Source of the DNA: an uncultured delta proteobacterium | Lineage (GTDB): Bacteria; Desulfobacterota; Binatia; Bin18 | Reading direction: 5' to 3' | Assembly (NCBI GenBank): GCA_963733195.1 | Contig: CAVTCR010000005.1 | Span: 17,132 to 81,131, forward strand | Length of the DNA stretch: 64,000 nucleotides | In this document: positions 1 to 10,414 of the stretch, in pieces | Position numbering within the stretch: the first letter of the stretch is position 1 | Layout of the letters: each line of letters begins with the position of its first letter | Translations under genes and position numbers: made by a program | The notes under the pieces: generated by a model | Told to the model about the DNA's origin: nothing | The model's database searches: none | Seen by the model: only the letters and a program-made list of their open reading frames with translations

Positions 1-271
1 CCGCAGGATTCTGACTCGGTGTTAACGTCGTCAATGCCAACGCATGAATCTCATGCTGCATTTCTTTCGCCAACGCGTCATATACCAGACGATGACGCGC
101 GACGAGCGTTTTCCCCTCAAACAGTGGAGACACAACTGTAACTCGATAGTGTCCCCCACCCGATGCCGCTCCAGCGTGTCCGGCATGCAGCGCACTTTCG
201 TCTTCAACGTCCACATGCGTCGCGGCCAGAGCTTGCTGGAGAACCGAGACAATTTTTTCTGCGGTGCTCAT
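1..271 (-). CDS. bolA: BolA family protein (runs off window edge)
   Basis: Not in the ORF track. Manual translation from the ATG at 271: MSTAEKIVSVLQQALAATHVDVEDESALHAGH..GGGHYRVTVVSPLFEGKTLVARHRLVYDALAKEMQHEIHALALTT. ATGA overlap with the upstream gene. Confidence 0.92.
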   Translation of the reverse strand, partial: MSTAEKIVSVLQQALAATHVDVEDESALHAGHAGAASGGGHYRVTVVSPLFEGKTLVARHRLVYDALAKEMQHEIHALALTTLTPSQNPA

Positions 272-1074
272 TTCTTGCCCTGCGCGGAAGGGAACAGCGG
301 CGCACGACGTTCCTGCACTGCGCGCGCTCCTTCTTTTACGTCGTCGCCAAAGAAGCCGAGCATTTCCAAGGCCAGTGAATAGTCAAATGACGTATGCGCT
401 GCCGCGCGTAACCATTGGTTTAACGACTGCTTCGTCCAGCGAATCGCCGTCTGCGAGCCGGTTGAGAGTTTCTTCGCAACCTCCATTGCCTTCGGCATGA
501 GTTGGTCAGGAGGCACACACATGCTCACCAAACCAATCCGTTCGGCTTCTTTGGCATCCAACATGTCACAAGTCAACAAATAGTACTTGGCTTTGGCCAT
601 GCCGACGAGCAACGGCCAAATGACAGCCGCGTGGTCTCCGGCGGCTACGCCCAGGCGGGTATGACCATCAGTAAATTTTGCATTCTCCGACGCAATACTG
701 ATGTCGGCAAGCAAAGCCACCGCCAAACCTGCACCCACGGCAACCCCGTTGATAGCAGAGATGATCGGTTTGTCACAATTAATCATGTTATGCACGATGT
801 CACGGGCTTCTTTCATCACTGCCGCGACCGCATCAAGGCCGCTCTGCAACTTGTTGATTACTTCAAAGTCACCGCCCGCGGAAAACGCGCGCCCGGCACC
901 AGTGATCACAGCGACACGGACCTCGTCATCTTCGGCAATGTCCAACCACACACGGCTCAATTCATAATGCAGACGGGCATTCGTTGAATTGAGCGTCTCT
1001 GGACGGTTAATCGTCAGTAATGCGATACCATCTTTTTTCTCGATGAGTAGATGTTGATAGGCACTGTAGTCCAT
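268..1074 (-). CDS. Enoyl-CoA hydratase/isomerase (crotonase) family protein
   Basis: LTINRPE, FSAGGD, KPIISAINGVAVGAG motifs. Confidence 0.93.
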   Translation of the reverse strand: MDYSAYQHLLIEKKDGIALLTINRPETLNSTNARLHYELSRVWLDIAEDDEVRVAVITGAGRAFSAGGDFEVINKLQSGLDAVAAVMKEARDIVHNMINCDKPIISAINGVAVGAGLAVALLADISIASENAKFTDGHTRLGVAAGDHAAVIWPLLVGMAKAKYYLLTCDMLDAKEAERIGLVSMCVPPDQLMPKAMEVAKKLSTGSQTAIRWTKQSLNQWLRAAAHTSFDYSLALEMLGFFGDDVKEGARAVQERRAPLFPSAQGKK

Positions 1075-1195
1075 AGCCTTCCCTCCTTACATGGCGTGGT
1101 TATCACGTTCTTTGTCCTGGCGTCGAGGTCAGGACCCAAGAGCCGAACGATCAGATTGTTGGTCGATCGCTTGGTTTGTGTTACGCTTCCGAGTC

Positions 1196-1414
1196 ATGAA
1201 ACAGAATTCGACACTCATTACGGCCACCTGGATTGGATTGAACTTGATTCCCTTGGTTCTCACGGTTGCGCTCTGCCTTCTCTCGCAGAGCTGGGGATGG
1301 AGTCTCTTGTTTATCTTGCTTTATGTCGTAGCAATCGTGCCCTATGGGTTCTTTGTGTCTTTCCCGTTCATGGTAAAATTTTTCGATCACCCGTCTAATC
1401 CGCAGGGGAAATAG
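1196..1414 (+). CDS. Small hydrophobic membrane protein, hypothetical
   Basis: MKQNSTLITATWIGLNLIPLVLTVALCLL..., two hydrophobic segments; start chosen inside ORF 1091..1414. Confidence 0.5.
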   Translation: MKQNSTLITATWIGLNLIPLVLTVALCLLSQSWGWSLLFILLYVVAIVPYGFFVSFPFMVKFFDHPSNPQGK

Positions 1415-1450
1415 TAGAACTCATCACTTCTCTCCCTCCAATCTGAAAAA

Positions 1451-1533
1451 CTGGATTCCGGGTCGCGACCTGCGGCCTTGCCCGGAATGACGGCCTCGTC
1501 GTTTTCGTCATTCCAGCGCAAGCTGGAATCTAG
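1451..1533. repeat. REP-like palindromic element pair (GTCATTCC...GGAATC type)
   Basis: CTGGATTCCGGG...CCCGGAATGACG then CGTCATTCCAGCGCAAGCTGGAATCTAG in inverted arrangement. Confidence 0.7.
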
Positions 1534-1611
1534 GAGTATTCAGCAGTAACCAGGGAAACCCGCTGCGTATTTCGTGCGCTCAGTACTAAGCAATCACCAC
1601 TCCGCAATTGC

Positions 1612-4303
1612 TCAGTGTGCTTCCGCCCAATTCTTACCGACGCCAACCTCAACACGAAGGGGGACACGGAGTGTCATCACTCCCTCCATGATCTCACGAA
1701 CCAGTTTCTCTGTCTTTTTGACTTCTTTCTCCGGCACCTCAAACAACAACTCGTCGTGCACTTGCAGAAGCATGCGCGTCCGTAGGCCTTCACTTTCGAC
1801 GCGGCGGTCGATGGCAACCATGGCCATCTTGATGAGGTCAGCCGCAGTTCCTTGAATCGGGGTGTTGATTGTGGCTCGTTCTGCGGCGGCAACAAGTTGC
1901 CCATTCTTACTCTGCAGATCCGGTACATAGCGGCGACGTCCAAATAAGGTTGTCACGTATCCACGTGCTCTGCCCTCGGTCAAGATGCTCTCCATATAGC
2001 CTTTGATGCGTTGATAGCGGGCAAAATACTGCGTGATGTATTCCTGGGCAGTTTTAGTTGGAATGTCGAGCGATCGGGCCAAGCGCAACGCTCCCATACC
2101 GTAGATAATGCCGAAGTTAATAGTCTTCGCTTGACGTCGTTGGTCTCCCGAAACCTTATCCACCGGCACTTGAAAAAGTTCTGAGGCCGTGCGCGCGTGG
2201 ACATCCTGTTCCTTTTGAAACGACTCCATGAGCAATGGGTCTTCACTCAAGTGTGCTAACAAACGCAGCTCAATTTGTGAATAATCAGCCGAAAGCAACA
2301 CATGGCCTGGTTCAGCAATAAACGCTTCACGAATGCGACGCCCTTCTTCGCTGCGGATAGGGATATTCTGCAAGTTAGGCTTGCTTGACGATAGACGACC
2401 AGTCTCCGCTACCGTTTGATTAAACGAGGTATGCACTCGCCCGGTCTTGGGATGGATTAGCTTAGGCAGGGCATCAACATAGGTGCTCTGTAGCTTGGCA
2501 AAACCACGATAGTCGAGAATCTTCGCCGGTAGCGGATGCTTGTCTTTCAGCGCCTCAAGCACCGAAGAATCGGTCGAAACACCGGTCGATGTTTTCTTCC
2601 CGTGCGGCAATCCCAACTTATCAAAGAGGATTCTTTGCAGTTGCTTCGGTGAGGCAATGTTGAATTCCTCCCCTGCCACTGCATAGATCTGCGTTTCAAG
2701 TTGCTTGAGACGCTGCCCGAACTCTTTGGACAAGGCAGCAAGGAATTGCTTATCAATACGAATACCTGCCAGTTCCATTTTTCCGAGGACAAGAGCAAGT
2801 GGCACTTCGATCTCAGCAAAAAGCGACTGCATTCCTTGTTCTGCAACTTGAGGGAACAGTTGGTGAGCTAAACGCAACGTAATGTCGGCATCTTCACCAG
2901 AGTAACGTGTTGCTTCCTCCACTGAGACATCAGCAAAATTTTTCTTACCATTATCGGTCACGGCCTCATACGTCACCATACGGTACTGCAGGTGTTCCCA
3001 GGCAAGGTCATTCAGGTTGTGACGCCGGCTGGGATTGATCAGGTACGAGGCAAGCATGGTGTCGCCTGCGACGTTGTGGGGCCATAGCTTGTACTGCGCA
3101 AGCACCATCGCGTCATACTTTGTGTTCTGTCCCACGAGAGATAAGGTGGGATCTTCAAGCAGTGATTGCACAGCAGACAGCACAAGGTCAAGCGCAAGCT
3201 GCGGTGCGGCATCGAGCGTCCGATGTCCAACCGGAATATACCACGCCTTGCCTTCTTCGATCGCAAGCGAGATACCAACTAATTCAGCATCAAGCGGATT
3301 CAGCGAGGTTGTCTCAGTATCCAAGCAAAAGGTTTTGGCCTTGCGGACCGCGCGGAGTACAGCCTCGAGCTGTTGCTGCGTGCGGACCATTTCATACTCG
3401 CCGACCTGGGCGGGAGCCTCACTTGGAGTTGGGTCATCCCACGGTGACTCGAGATCGGCCAGAAAACGGCGAAACTCAAATTCTTTGAACAACGCTTTCA
3501 GTCGCTCTTTGTCTGGCTCCTCTTTTGCCAGAGCGGCAACTTCCACTGTTACAGGGACATCAAAGTGCAAGGTCGCCAGCGTTTTTGATACACGCGCCAA
3601 TTCCACATTCGCGCGAATCTTCTCGCCAAGCTTGCCGGGAATCTTGTCAGCATGACGAAGCAGATTCTCCAGGTCATGCCATTCCTGGATTAACTTAATT
3701 GCGGTCTTTTCTCCAACTCCCGGAATACCGGGAATATTATCAGTGGGATCTCCCATGAGCCCTTGCACATCGACGACACGTGCGGGTTCAACTCCGAACT
3801 TTACTTTGACTTCTGGAATACCGATGCGTTCGCCCTTCATGGTATCGAGCATGGTGACGCGGTCGGACACCAGTCTGCATCAGGTCTTTATCACCGGAGA
3901 CGATCACCACTTCAGCCCCTGCCTTTTCCCATCGTCGCGTCAGAGTCGCGATAATGTCATCAGCCTCGTACCCTTCTAATTCAAGCACTGGAATACGATA
4001 AGCACGGACGAGGTCCTTGATTCGCGGGATTTGCGGACGAAGAGGCTCCGGCATCGCGAGGCGGTTTGCTTTATATTCTTTGTAGAGTTCGTGGCGAAAG
4101 TTTTTGCCTTTCGCATCGAAGACGACAGCAAGATACTCCGGAGAATGCTCCTGCAGGAGTCGTTGCAGCATGCTCACGAAACCAAAAATCGCGTTGGTCG
4201 GTACCCCTTGCGAGGTTTGTAGTTCGCGCACGGCATAAAAAGCACGATAAATGTACGCCTGACCGTCCACGAGAAAGATTTTCATATTCTTGTTTGTCGC
4301 CAC
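1612..4303 (-). CDS. polA: DNA polymerase I (5'-3' exo, 3'-5' exo, polymerase); one extra base at ~3874 splits the ORF
   Basis: LVDG..YIYRAFYA, YEADDII, DTETT, DYSQIELR, AKTINFGIIYG, QVHDEL. Removing one base restores SGDKDLMQLVSD. Start at 4303 or 4285. Confidence 0.97.
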
Positions 4304-4443
4304 GGGGCAAATGTGGCAGGGCCGTTAGAAGACGTCAAGGGAAGGAAGGCTCTACACAGGGGAAAAGGCGAAACGAGAAAAAGGAAGAGCAAAAAGAATT
4401 CGTCATATTTTCTATTCTTTTTGGTGAGTGCCATAGAAGCGCC

Positions 4444-4764
4444 TCAGAGGTCTTCAAGGAGTGTTGGTATGTCTCGGCTGTTGTGAAGTACACGAACAAT
4501 TTCAAGAGTCTTTTCGGTGGAAAGGTAGAAGACAGAGTAAGGAAAGTGGGGCAGGAGCCGTCGCCGTAAGCCGACAAGTTCACGGCGGGTAGTCGGCCAC
4601 GGAGTACCGAGATTGGGGAAGGAACAGAGCCGCGTAAAAGTCGCTTCCGCTTCATCAAGGAAGCGATGACTAATTGCTGCGCCGTCTTCCTTGCGTAAAT
4701 ATAGAACTGCGTCAGCGAGGTCACGCCGCGCGGCGGGGCGTCGCACCAGTTTTCTTTGCACCAT
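4444..4764 (-). CDS. RelE/ParE family toxin
   Basis: RPAARRDL..., LCSFPNLG, FPYSVFY, IVRVLHNSRD; overlaps the upstream antitoxin. Confidence 0.88.
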   Translation of the reverse strand: MVQRKLVRRPAARRDLADAVLYLRKEDGAAISHRFLDEAEATFTRLCSFPNLGTPWPTTRRELVGLRRRLLPHFPYSVFYLSTEKTLEIVRVLHNSRDIPTLLEDL

Positions 4765-5026
4765 GAGTAGGGGAAGGTCTGCGGCCTGCGAGTGTTCGTA
4801 ATTCCTGCCAGTCTTGGTCTGTCATCGGTGTGGCAGGGCCGGAGTGTATGCCTTCGAGCAGCAATTCATCTACTTGGGCAATGGCTTCCCGCTGTAAGTC
4901 CTTGCGGATGAGCTCACGAACATACTCGCTGACGGTACCGTAGGACTGGCGCTCAAGTTTCTTCTCCAGTGCCCCGCGTAGCGTCGCGGGCAATGAGACG
5001 TTCATAGTGACGACTTTTTGCTTCAT
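4721..5026 (-). CDS. ParD-like ribbon-helix-helix antitoxin
   Basis: TMNVSLP...YGTVSEYVRELIRKD, LLLEGIHSGPATPMT. Confidence 0.88.
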   Translation of the reverse strand: MKQKVVTMNVSLPATLRGALEKKLERQSYGTVSEYVRELIRKDLQREAIAQVDELLLEGIHSGPATPMTDQDWQELRTLAGRRPSPTHGAKKTGATPRRAA

Positions 5027-5047
5027 GCCCCCATAATGGGGGATACA

Positions 5048-5068
5048 CCAAAATTTGTCAAATATTGG
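5048..5068. promoter_or_regulatory. Imperfect palindrome over a -35 box; probable TA autoregulatory operator
   Basis: CCAAAATTTG-T-CAAATATTGG (one mismatch), containing minus-strand TTGACA upstream of the antitoxin. Confidence 0.55.
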
Positions 5069-5246
5069 CTTAAGCCTGGTGAGTGAGGTGGTCGCTCGTT
5101 CTTGAGTGAAGCGAGAGGATGAGCATCATTAACCGTGGTTAGCGTATTGCTGAGACTTGATACCCTGACCATGAAATACGAGAGGAAAGGCAGAAAAAAA
5201 GGAATAGGCGTTATGAGTCAGATAAGGTTGTGCGCTATCATAACGT

Positions 5247-6443
5247 ATGAGCACACTACGATCTCAGCGCCAACAGCCAACGACCTTAGATATCGCTCAC
5301 TTTCACGTCGATCCGCAGCGCGGTTTTCTACCCACTCACGATCCTCTTGACCACCTGCCTGCGTCTTTCGCTCCCTGGGAAGAGACGGCGCGTGAACTGC
5401 CGAAATTGCTCGTTGCAGGAACGGTACGGCGTCATCTGGAGCAACTGCCGCTGCTCAAGGTTGCGACCTTACACAAGCCAGGCCAACTTGAGCGCGCGAT
5501 GATGCTGTTGTCCTATTTCGGACACGCCTACGTATGGGGAGACGCCGTCCCCGCCAACCACCTCCCTGCGAGTCTCGCTGTACCGTGGTACGCACTCTCC
5601 CAACGCCTGGGCCGTCCGCCCGTACTATCCTACGCGTCGTACGCGTTGCATAACTGGCGGCGACTCGATACGGCTGGTCCCATCGCGTTAGGCAATATTG
5701 TGCTGCTGCAGAATTTTCTGGCTGGAGCGGACGAGGAATGGTTCATTCTGGTCCACGTTGACATTGAAGCGAAGATGGGACCGGCGCTTGCTGCCCTTGG
5801 CGTGGTCCAGGCGGCGGTCATGGACAATCAGGCGCACCAGGTCGAACACCATCTCACCACAATCGCTGAGGCGTTAGCGCAGGCGTACGCCACGTTGTTG
5901 CGTATGCCGGAGTGGTGCGACCCGTACATCTACTATCACCGGGTACGCCCCTATATTCACGGCTGGAAAAATCATCCGGCGCTTCCGCACGGCGTGATGT
6001 ACGAAGGAGTGGAAGCCTACCAAGGGGTGCCGCAACAATTCCGGGGTGAAACGGGCGCGCAGAGTTCGATTATTCCCGCGCTCGACGCGGCGCTGGGCAT
6101 CACCCATGAAAACGATCCATTACGTCCGTACCTGATGGAAATGCGCGACTATATGCCCAAGGAGCATCGTGCGTTTATCACTGCCATTGAGCAGGGGCCG
6201 TCGGTGCGCGAGTATGTGGTGGCTCAGCGCTCCGACCGACCGGCGTTACGGGCAGCGTACAACGCCTGCGTACGTTGGATGGCTGACTTTCGCGCCAAGC
6301 ACTTAGAATATGCTGCACGTTATATCCACCAGCAGAGCCAAAGTCGTGAGGATAACCCGACGCACGTCGGCACGGGCGGAACGCCGTTCATGCCGTACCT
6401 GAAGAAACATCGCGACGAGACCCTGGAGCATGTACTCGGGTGA
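5247..6443 (+). CDS. Indoleamine 2,3-dioxygenase family heme protein
   Basis: RGFLP, LGRPPVLSYA..LHNW, EEWFILVH, GETGAQSS, MRDYMP..HR, HLEYA, GTGGT. Confidence 0.9.
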   Translation: MSTLRSQRQQPTTLDIAHFHVDPQRGFLPTHDPLDHLPASFAPWEETARELPKLLVAGTVRRHLEQLPLLKVATLHKPGQLERAMMLLSYFGHAYVWGDAVPANHLPASLAVPWYALSQRLGRPPVLSYASYALHNWRRLDTAGPIALGNIVLLQNFLAGADEEWFILVHVDIEAKMGPALAALGVVQAAVMDNQAHQVEHHLTTIAEALAQAYATLLRMPEWCDPYIYYHRVRPYIHGWKNHPALPHGVMYEGVEAYQGVPQQFRGETGAQSSIIPALDAALGITHENDPLRPYLMEMRDYMPKEHRAFITAIEQGPSVREYVVAQRSDRPALRAAYNACVRWMADFRAKHLEYAARYIHQQSQSREDNPTHVGTGGTPFMPYLKKHRDETLEHVLG

Positions 6444-6589
6444 AGGTAACAAAGCTCCGAGCGGCCATTTTTCTTTTGCGGAGCACCTATCCTTGAGGAA
6501 GGCGATAAGCGTTCATCAAGTATCTTGATTTTCTCTGTCCTATAGAGCTATAGCCACCATGTTAGCAAAACTCTTAAAGAGGTGAGGCT

Positions 6590-7003
6590 ATGGCTGACAC
6601 GATTCAGCGGGTCCAGTACTTCTATAGCGAAGTTGCCGACAAGCCTGGCAAAGGCGCTAAGATTCTACGGATGCTTCAGGAAGCGGGAGTGAACCTGGTT
6701 GCCTTCTCCGGCTTTCCGAAAGGTAAGCGTGCGCAGATCGACTTCATCCCGGCTGACCCAGTTGCCTTCAAGACGGTTGCAAAGAAGGCCAAGCTCAAGC
6801 TGGTGGGTCCGAAGTCTGGCTTCCTGGTTCAAGGTGAGGATCGCGTGGGTGCACTTACAGAAATCTTGACGAAACTCACCGATGCAAAAATCAACGTCAC
6901 GGCCTGTGATGCTGTGGCAGCCGGAACAGGGCGATATGGAGCGATCCTCTGGGTCAAACCGCGTGATGTGCAAAAGGCTACGAAGGTCCTCAACGCTTCT
7001 TGA
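6590..7003 (+). CDS. Tandem ACT-domain protein
   Basis: VADKPGKGAKIL..AGVNL and GEDRVGALTEIL..AKINV repeats. Confidence 0.75.
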   Translation: MADTIQRVQYFYSEVADKPGKGAKILRMLQEAGVNLVAFSGFPKGKRAQIDFIPADPVAFKTVAKKAKLKLVGPKSGFLVQGEDRVGALTEILTKLTDAKINVTACDAVAAGTGRYGAILWVKPRDVQKATKVLNAS

Positions 7004-7059
7004 CAAGTATGATGATATTCTCCCATGCTGAGAGCACGAGAGCACTTCAGAGAGGCAGT

Positions 7060-7260
7060 ATGCGACATCTCTTTGGCAAATCCCGCCATTTGATCTCAAC
7101 AGCAGTGATCCTTGCTGGTCTCAGTTCCTTCGCTCTCAGGGCTCATGCTCAGGGTTGGGAATCGTTTACCAACGAGTCTACACTTGAAGTCCTGACGATA
7201 GACCAGAACGCGCAAGAGCACTGGTCGAAGTTTTAGTTGGTAGTCATTGATGGGAATGGT
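7060..7260 (+). pseudogene. Truncated signal-peptide protein of DUF2255/deazaflavin-nitroreductase-like family
   Basis: Signal peptide ..ALRAHA, then EVLTID..HWSKF*LVVIDG (TAG where TGG is expected); similarity ends at ~7256. Confidence 0.5.
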
Positions 7261-7605
7261 AAAATATAGAAAGAGAGAATGATATGGCGTACAAAGCAAA
7301 ACTGAGACCCAAAACAGAGTGGCAACAAGACGACTGCATTGGCCGGTGGCTCGGATGCAGGAACAAGTCGGTTGAGGAGGCAGTCCATGGCAGTGCTGCG
7401 GTGCGATGCTGCCAGCGGGAACGATGCATGCTCTTTGCTGTTACACTCGCCGCTGACCAGGGAGCGTCCAATGGACATTATATACATGACAGCGACGTGG
7501 ACGTCAGATCCTGAATAACTATCTGTGTGGTTTGTATAATTTGCCTACTACCCAGCCTTCGTCAGGTTGCTGATGTCGAGCGGTTGGTAGTCTTGTCTGC
7601 ATCTC

Positions 7606-8926
7606 TCAATCAAATAGTTTTCCCATAAACATCGGGATACCAACTCTTCTCCGCTTTGTCTCACCCTTAAAGAGTTCTCGCTTGCGTAACGGCTCGTCTC
7701 CCCGTTCGCCAAGGTGTTGCGAGAACTTCTGCGCAAGCAAGCTCGTACCGAGATACACAGTATGTTTGCCATACTTCTCCCGCATGTGATCTACCGCTTT
7801 GATACACGCGCGAGAACCTTTCCGCTCTTAGCGCCTCCCCGAATAGATCGAGTTGAATCATCGTGTCCTCATCCAGCTTGATAAGGACCACCCCTGTCGC
7901 ACGGTATTCTTCTTCGGGTTGAAACAGGTGCAGAAAGGCTGGTTCTATCGCTCGGACGATCTCATGAGGGAATGCTGTTGCATGGGTAAAGCGCACCTCT
8001 AACCAGCGGTAATGGAAGTGCTGAGTTTTGAGAAAGATCGCCGCACCTTTGGCCGCAAGCTTGTACTTGCGTGCTTTAATACATGCGTTCTCGATATTTT
8101 TAGAAAGCTGAGAAAACACAAAGTCGCGGTTATTCGATGGGGGAGTGAAGGTTTTTGTTTTTTGGATGGTTTGATACGTGGACTTCTCTTTGGTGATCAG
8201 AGGCAAGACAGAGTGCCCATTCAATTCTTGCCAAATCTCATAGCCTGGTTTGGTGAGCCATTTGTTTACCCAACATTCAGGCTTGCGGGCAAAATCGAGC
8301 GCGGTATGAATCCCGAATTTATTCAAGAGGGCAGTAGTTTTGTCCCCGATGCCCCAGACTTTGCTCACAGGAAGGTCTGTAAGAAACAGGTGAAGATCAC
8401 GGCCTGGGATAGTAGTTAAGCCAGAGGGCTTTTCCCACTTTGAAGCAATTTTGGCAATCACTTTGTTGGGAGCAAGGCCGACAGAGAAGGTAAATCCTAA
8501 CTCAGTATCAAGATCGTGCTTAATCTTCTCGGCAATCTGGACATAGGACAGGTGAAGCGGTCGTTGCAGGCCGGTCAGATCAGCGAAGCACTCATCGATC
8601 GAGTATTCTTCAACATCGGGCGTGTAGCGACGTACGATCGTAAACATACGCTTTGAAAGTAAGCTATACGTTTCATAGTCTGAGGGCAGAATAATCGCCT
8701 CAGGGCAGAGCCGCTTTACTTCAAAGAGGCGCATGCCGCGCGTGATACCGCGTGCTTTTGCCTCATAACTCATGGAGGCAACGATGCCGCGTTCCCTGCC
8801 TGTGATAACAGGCTTTCCTTTGAGCTTGGGATCACGGGACTGTTCGCAAGACGCAAAGCAGGCATCAGCATCGATATGGACGATGGCGCGAGGGAAGGAA
8901 TGGAGTGTGAGCGGAGAGGTGCTCAT
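7606..8926 (-). CDS. dinB: Y-family DNA polymerase IV (DinB/UmuC-like); +1 indel near 7799
   Basis: HIDADACFAS, SYEAKARG, YSIDE, NKVIAKIAS, VWGIG, clamp motif QLDLF. Corrected frame reads VYQAVDHMREKYGK..GIPMFMGKLFD*. Confidence 0.92.
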
Positions 8927-9510
8927 TACACGGTGTTAAATTGACGAATCGAGGCAATAACCACAGCTTCAATTGTTAACTCCTGCTCGGGAAAGATGGG
9001 TTTGTACTTCTTGTTGGCGGGCTGGAGATAGTAGCGATTCCCACGCTTGCGGAGATACTTCATCGTCCATTTGTCTTCGTCGATACGCGCGATGACAATA
9101 TCTCCATCGTTTGCAGTAGAGGTGCGCTTTACGAGCACCATATCCCCGTTGAAGATACCTGCTTCAATCATGGAATCTCCCTGAGCTTTTACAAGATAGG
9201 TTGCTTCAGGGTTCTTAATTAAGAGTTCATTGAGGTCGATGGTATCGCCCAACTCTTCCTGAGTCGGGGAGGGGAACCCTGCACGAATGGAGCCCAGGAC
9301 ACGTACTTCCGTAAGGGCACGGCCAGGAAGGAGGGAGCCCGTCTTGCGGTCTTTGATCAGGTAGCCGTGTTCAATGAGCTGGTTGACGACCTTGCGGGCC
9401 GATTCATGGGCCTTAAATCCCCAAAAGTCAGCAAGCTCGCGCAAACTCGGCAACCGTTTCCATCGCCGGTAATACTTTAGAATAGGCTTGAGCCGCTCGT
9501 AGTGTTCCAT
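8926..9510 (-). CDS. lexA: LexA-family repressor (wHTH plus S24 peptidase)
   Basis: LPSLRELA HTH, IRAGFP cleavage site, GDSM catalytic Ser, TMKY catalytic Lys; AGGAGG before the ATG at 9510; TAATG coupling to dinB. Confidence 0.9.
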   Translation of the reverse strand: MEHYERLKPILKYYRRWKRLPSLRELADFWGFKAHESARKVVNQLIEHGYLIKDRKTGSLLPGRALTEVRVLGSIRAGFPSPTQEELGDTIDLNELLIKNPEATYLVKAQGDSMIEAGIFNGDMVLVKRTSTANDGDIVIARIDEDKWTMKYLRKRGNRYYLQPANKKYKPIFPEQELTIEAVVIASIRQFNTV

Positions 9511-9518
9511 GTTCCCCT

Positions 9519-9579
9519 CCTGAGATAGACATGTGTCTATCTCAGGCTGAGTATAAATAGACGCGTGTCTATTTGTCAA
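9519..9579 (-). promoter_or_regulatory. Sigma70 promoter with two palindromic operators (ATAGAC-N4-GTCTAT)
   Basis: TTGACA(9579-9574), 18 nt, TATACT(9555-9550). Operator 1 fills the spacer (9556-9573); operator 2 lies in a palindrome with 13-bp arms (9519-9546). Confidence 0.85.
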
Positions 9580-10080
9580 ATGAAACATGGTGGAATGACC
9601 AAACTATGTATGACCGCTTGGGAATCAGGTTTGATCTAGGGACAGACTAAACACCGCTTTGGCGCAGCAGAGAAACAGTGCATTTCTGAAATATCTTTAT
9701 TGCACCTCTGCAACACAACGTGCTGCTCCTGCAACAGTATGCCAGTTTCTACGGTGAATCGTGCGCTTCTTAACAGGAAAACACAGCATTATTCCTTGGG
9801 AGTAAGTCCCTGTCCGTCTGGCATAGGTTCTGCATCTTCTCTAGAAGAACAACGGATAACGCATCGGTTCATGGTGTCATTTACGTTACCTAATGGTGAA
9901 GAGCAGTTTAATTTGTGGTCTTTTGTCCACAAGAACAAGAGTGCCCTGCTAAGATGAGAACAATAAAAAGATATGGAATACGAAAGGACGCATGAGGGTG
10001 ACTCTGCAGAGGTCAGGCCCCTTGTTCCGCATTTCACAGTTTGACCTGTTTGGGGTCAATAAGAATAGGAGGTATACACA

Positions 10081-10302
10081 ATGTTACAGCAGCCACTATT
10101 ACTCGCCGCGCTGCCGAGTGCCGTGTTGGATATGACGGCGGACTTCGCGCCACTTTTCATGGGTATGGTCATAGGGCTATTTCTATGTGTGTTGGCATTC
10201 GCGTTTGCGATTGGCGTGCATGATAGCTGGTGGACCCAGCAGTCGGCAAAGCAACAAGACGATCGTCCTGAGTCAGAGCCTGAGCTCTCGGACGCTGCAT
10301 AG
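10081..10302 (+). CDS. Small single-TM hypothetical protein
   Basis: AGGAGG RBS, one hydrophobic helix, acidic tail. Confidence 0.65.
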   Translation: MLQQPLLLAALPSAVLDMTADFAPLFMGMVIGLFLCVLAFAFAIGVHDSWWTQQSAKQQDDRPESEPELSDAA

Positions 10303-10324
10303 TTTGGAAGCTTCCACTCTACCG

Positions 10325-10414
10325 ATAAAAATCAAAAAGCCCCTGACTGATCGAGGGGCTTAGGAGTGAAGCGGGTGACCGGGGTCGAACCGGCGACCTT
10401 GTGCTTGGCAAGCA
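10325..10414 (-). repeat. att-like duplicate of the tRNA-Gly 3' half plus downstream terminator
   Basis: Near-identical to 11283-11371. Confidence 0.92.

Noticed and set aside
3860-3890. Programmed frameshift or natural split of polA
   Set aside because: No slippery sequence. One extra base falls in a conserved motif, and similar indels occur throughout the window.
7234-7236. Stop-codon recoding (TAG read as Trp or Pyl)
   Set aside because: Single instance in a truncated gene; TAG ends normal genes elsewhere in the window.
8855-8880. Altered steric gate in DinB (DADACF)
   Set aside because: The gate-equivalent Phe is retained; the neighbouring F->C is a single base change of unknown reliability.
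9600-10040. ORFs or structured RNA upstream of lexA
   Set aside because: No coherent coding signal or convincing fold by eye.
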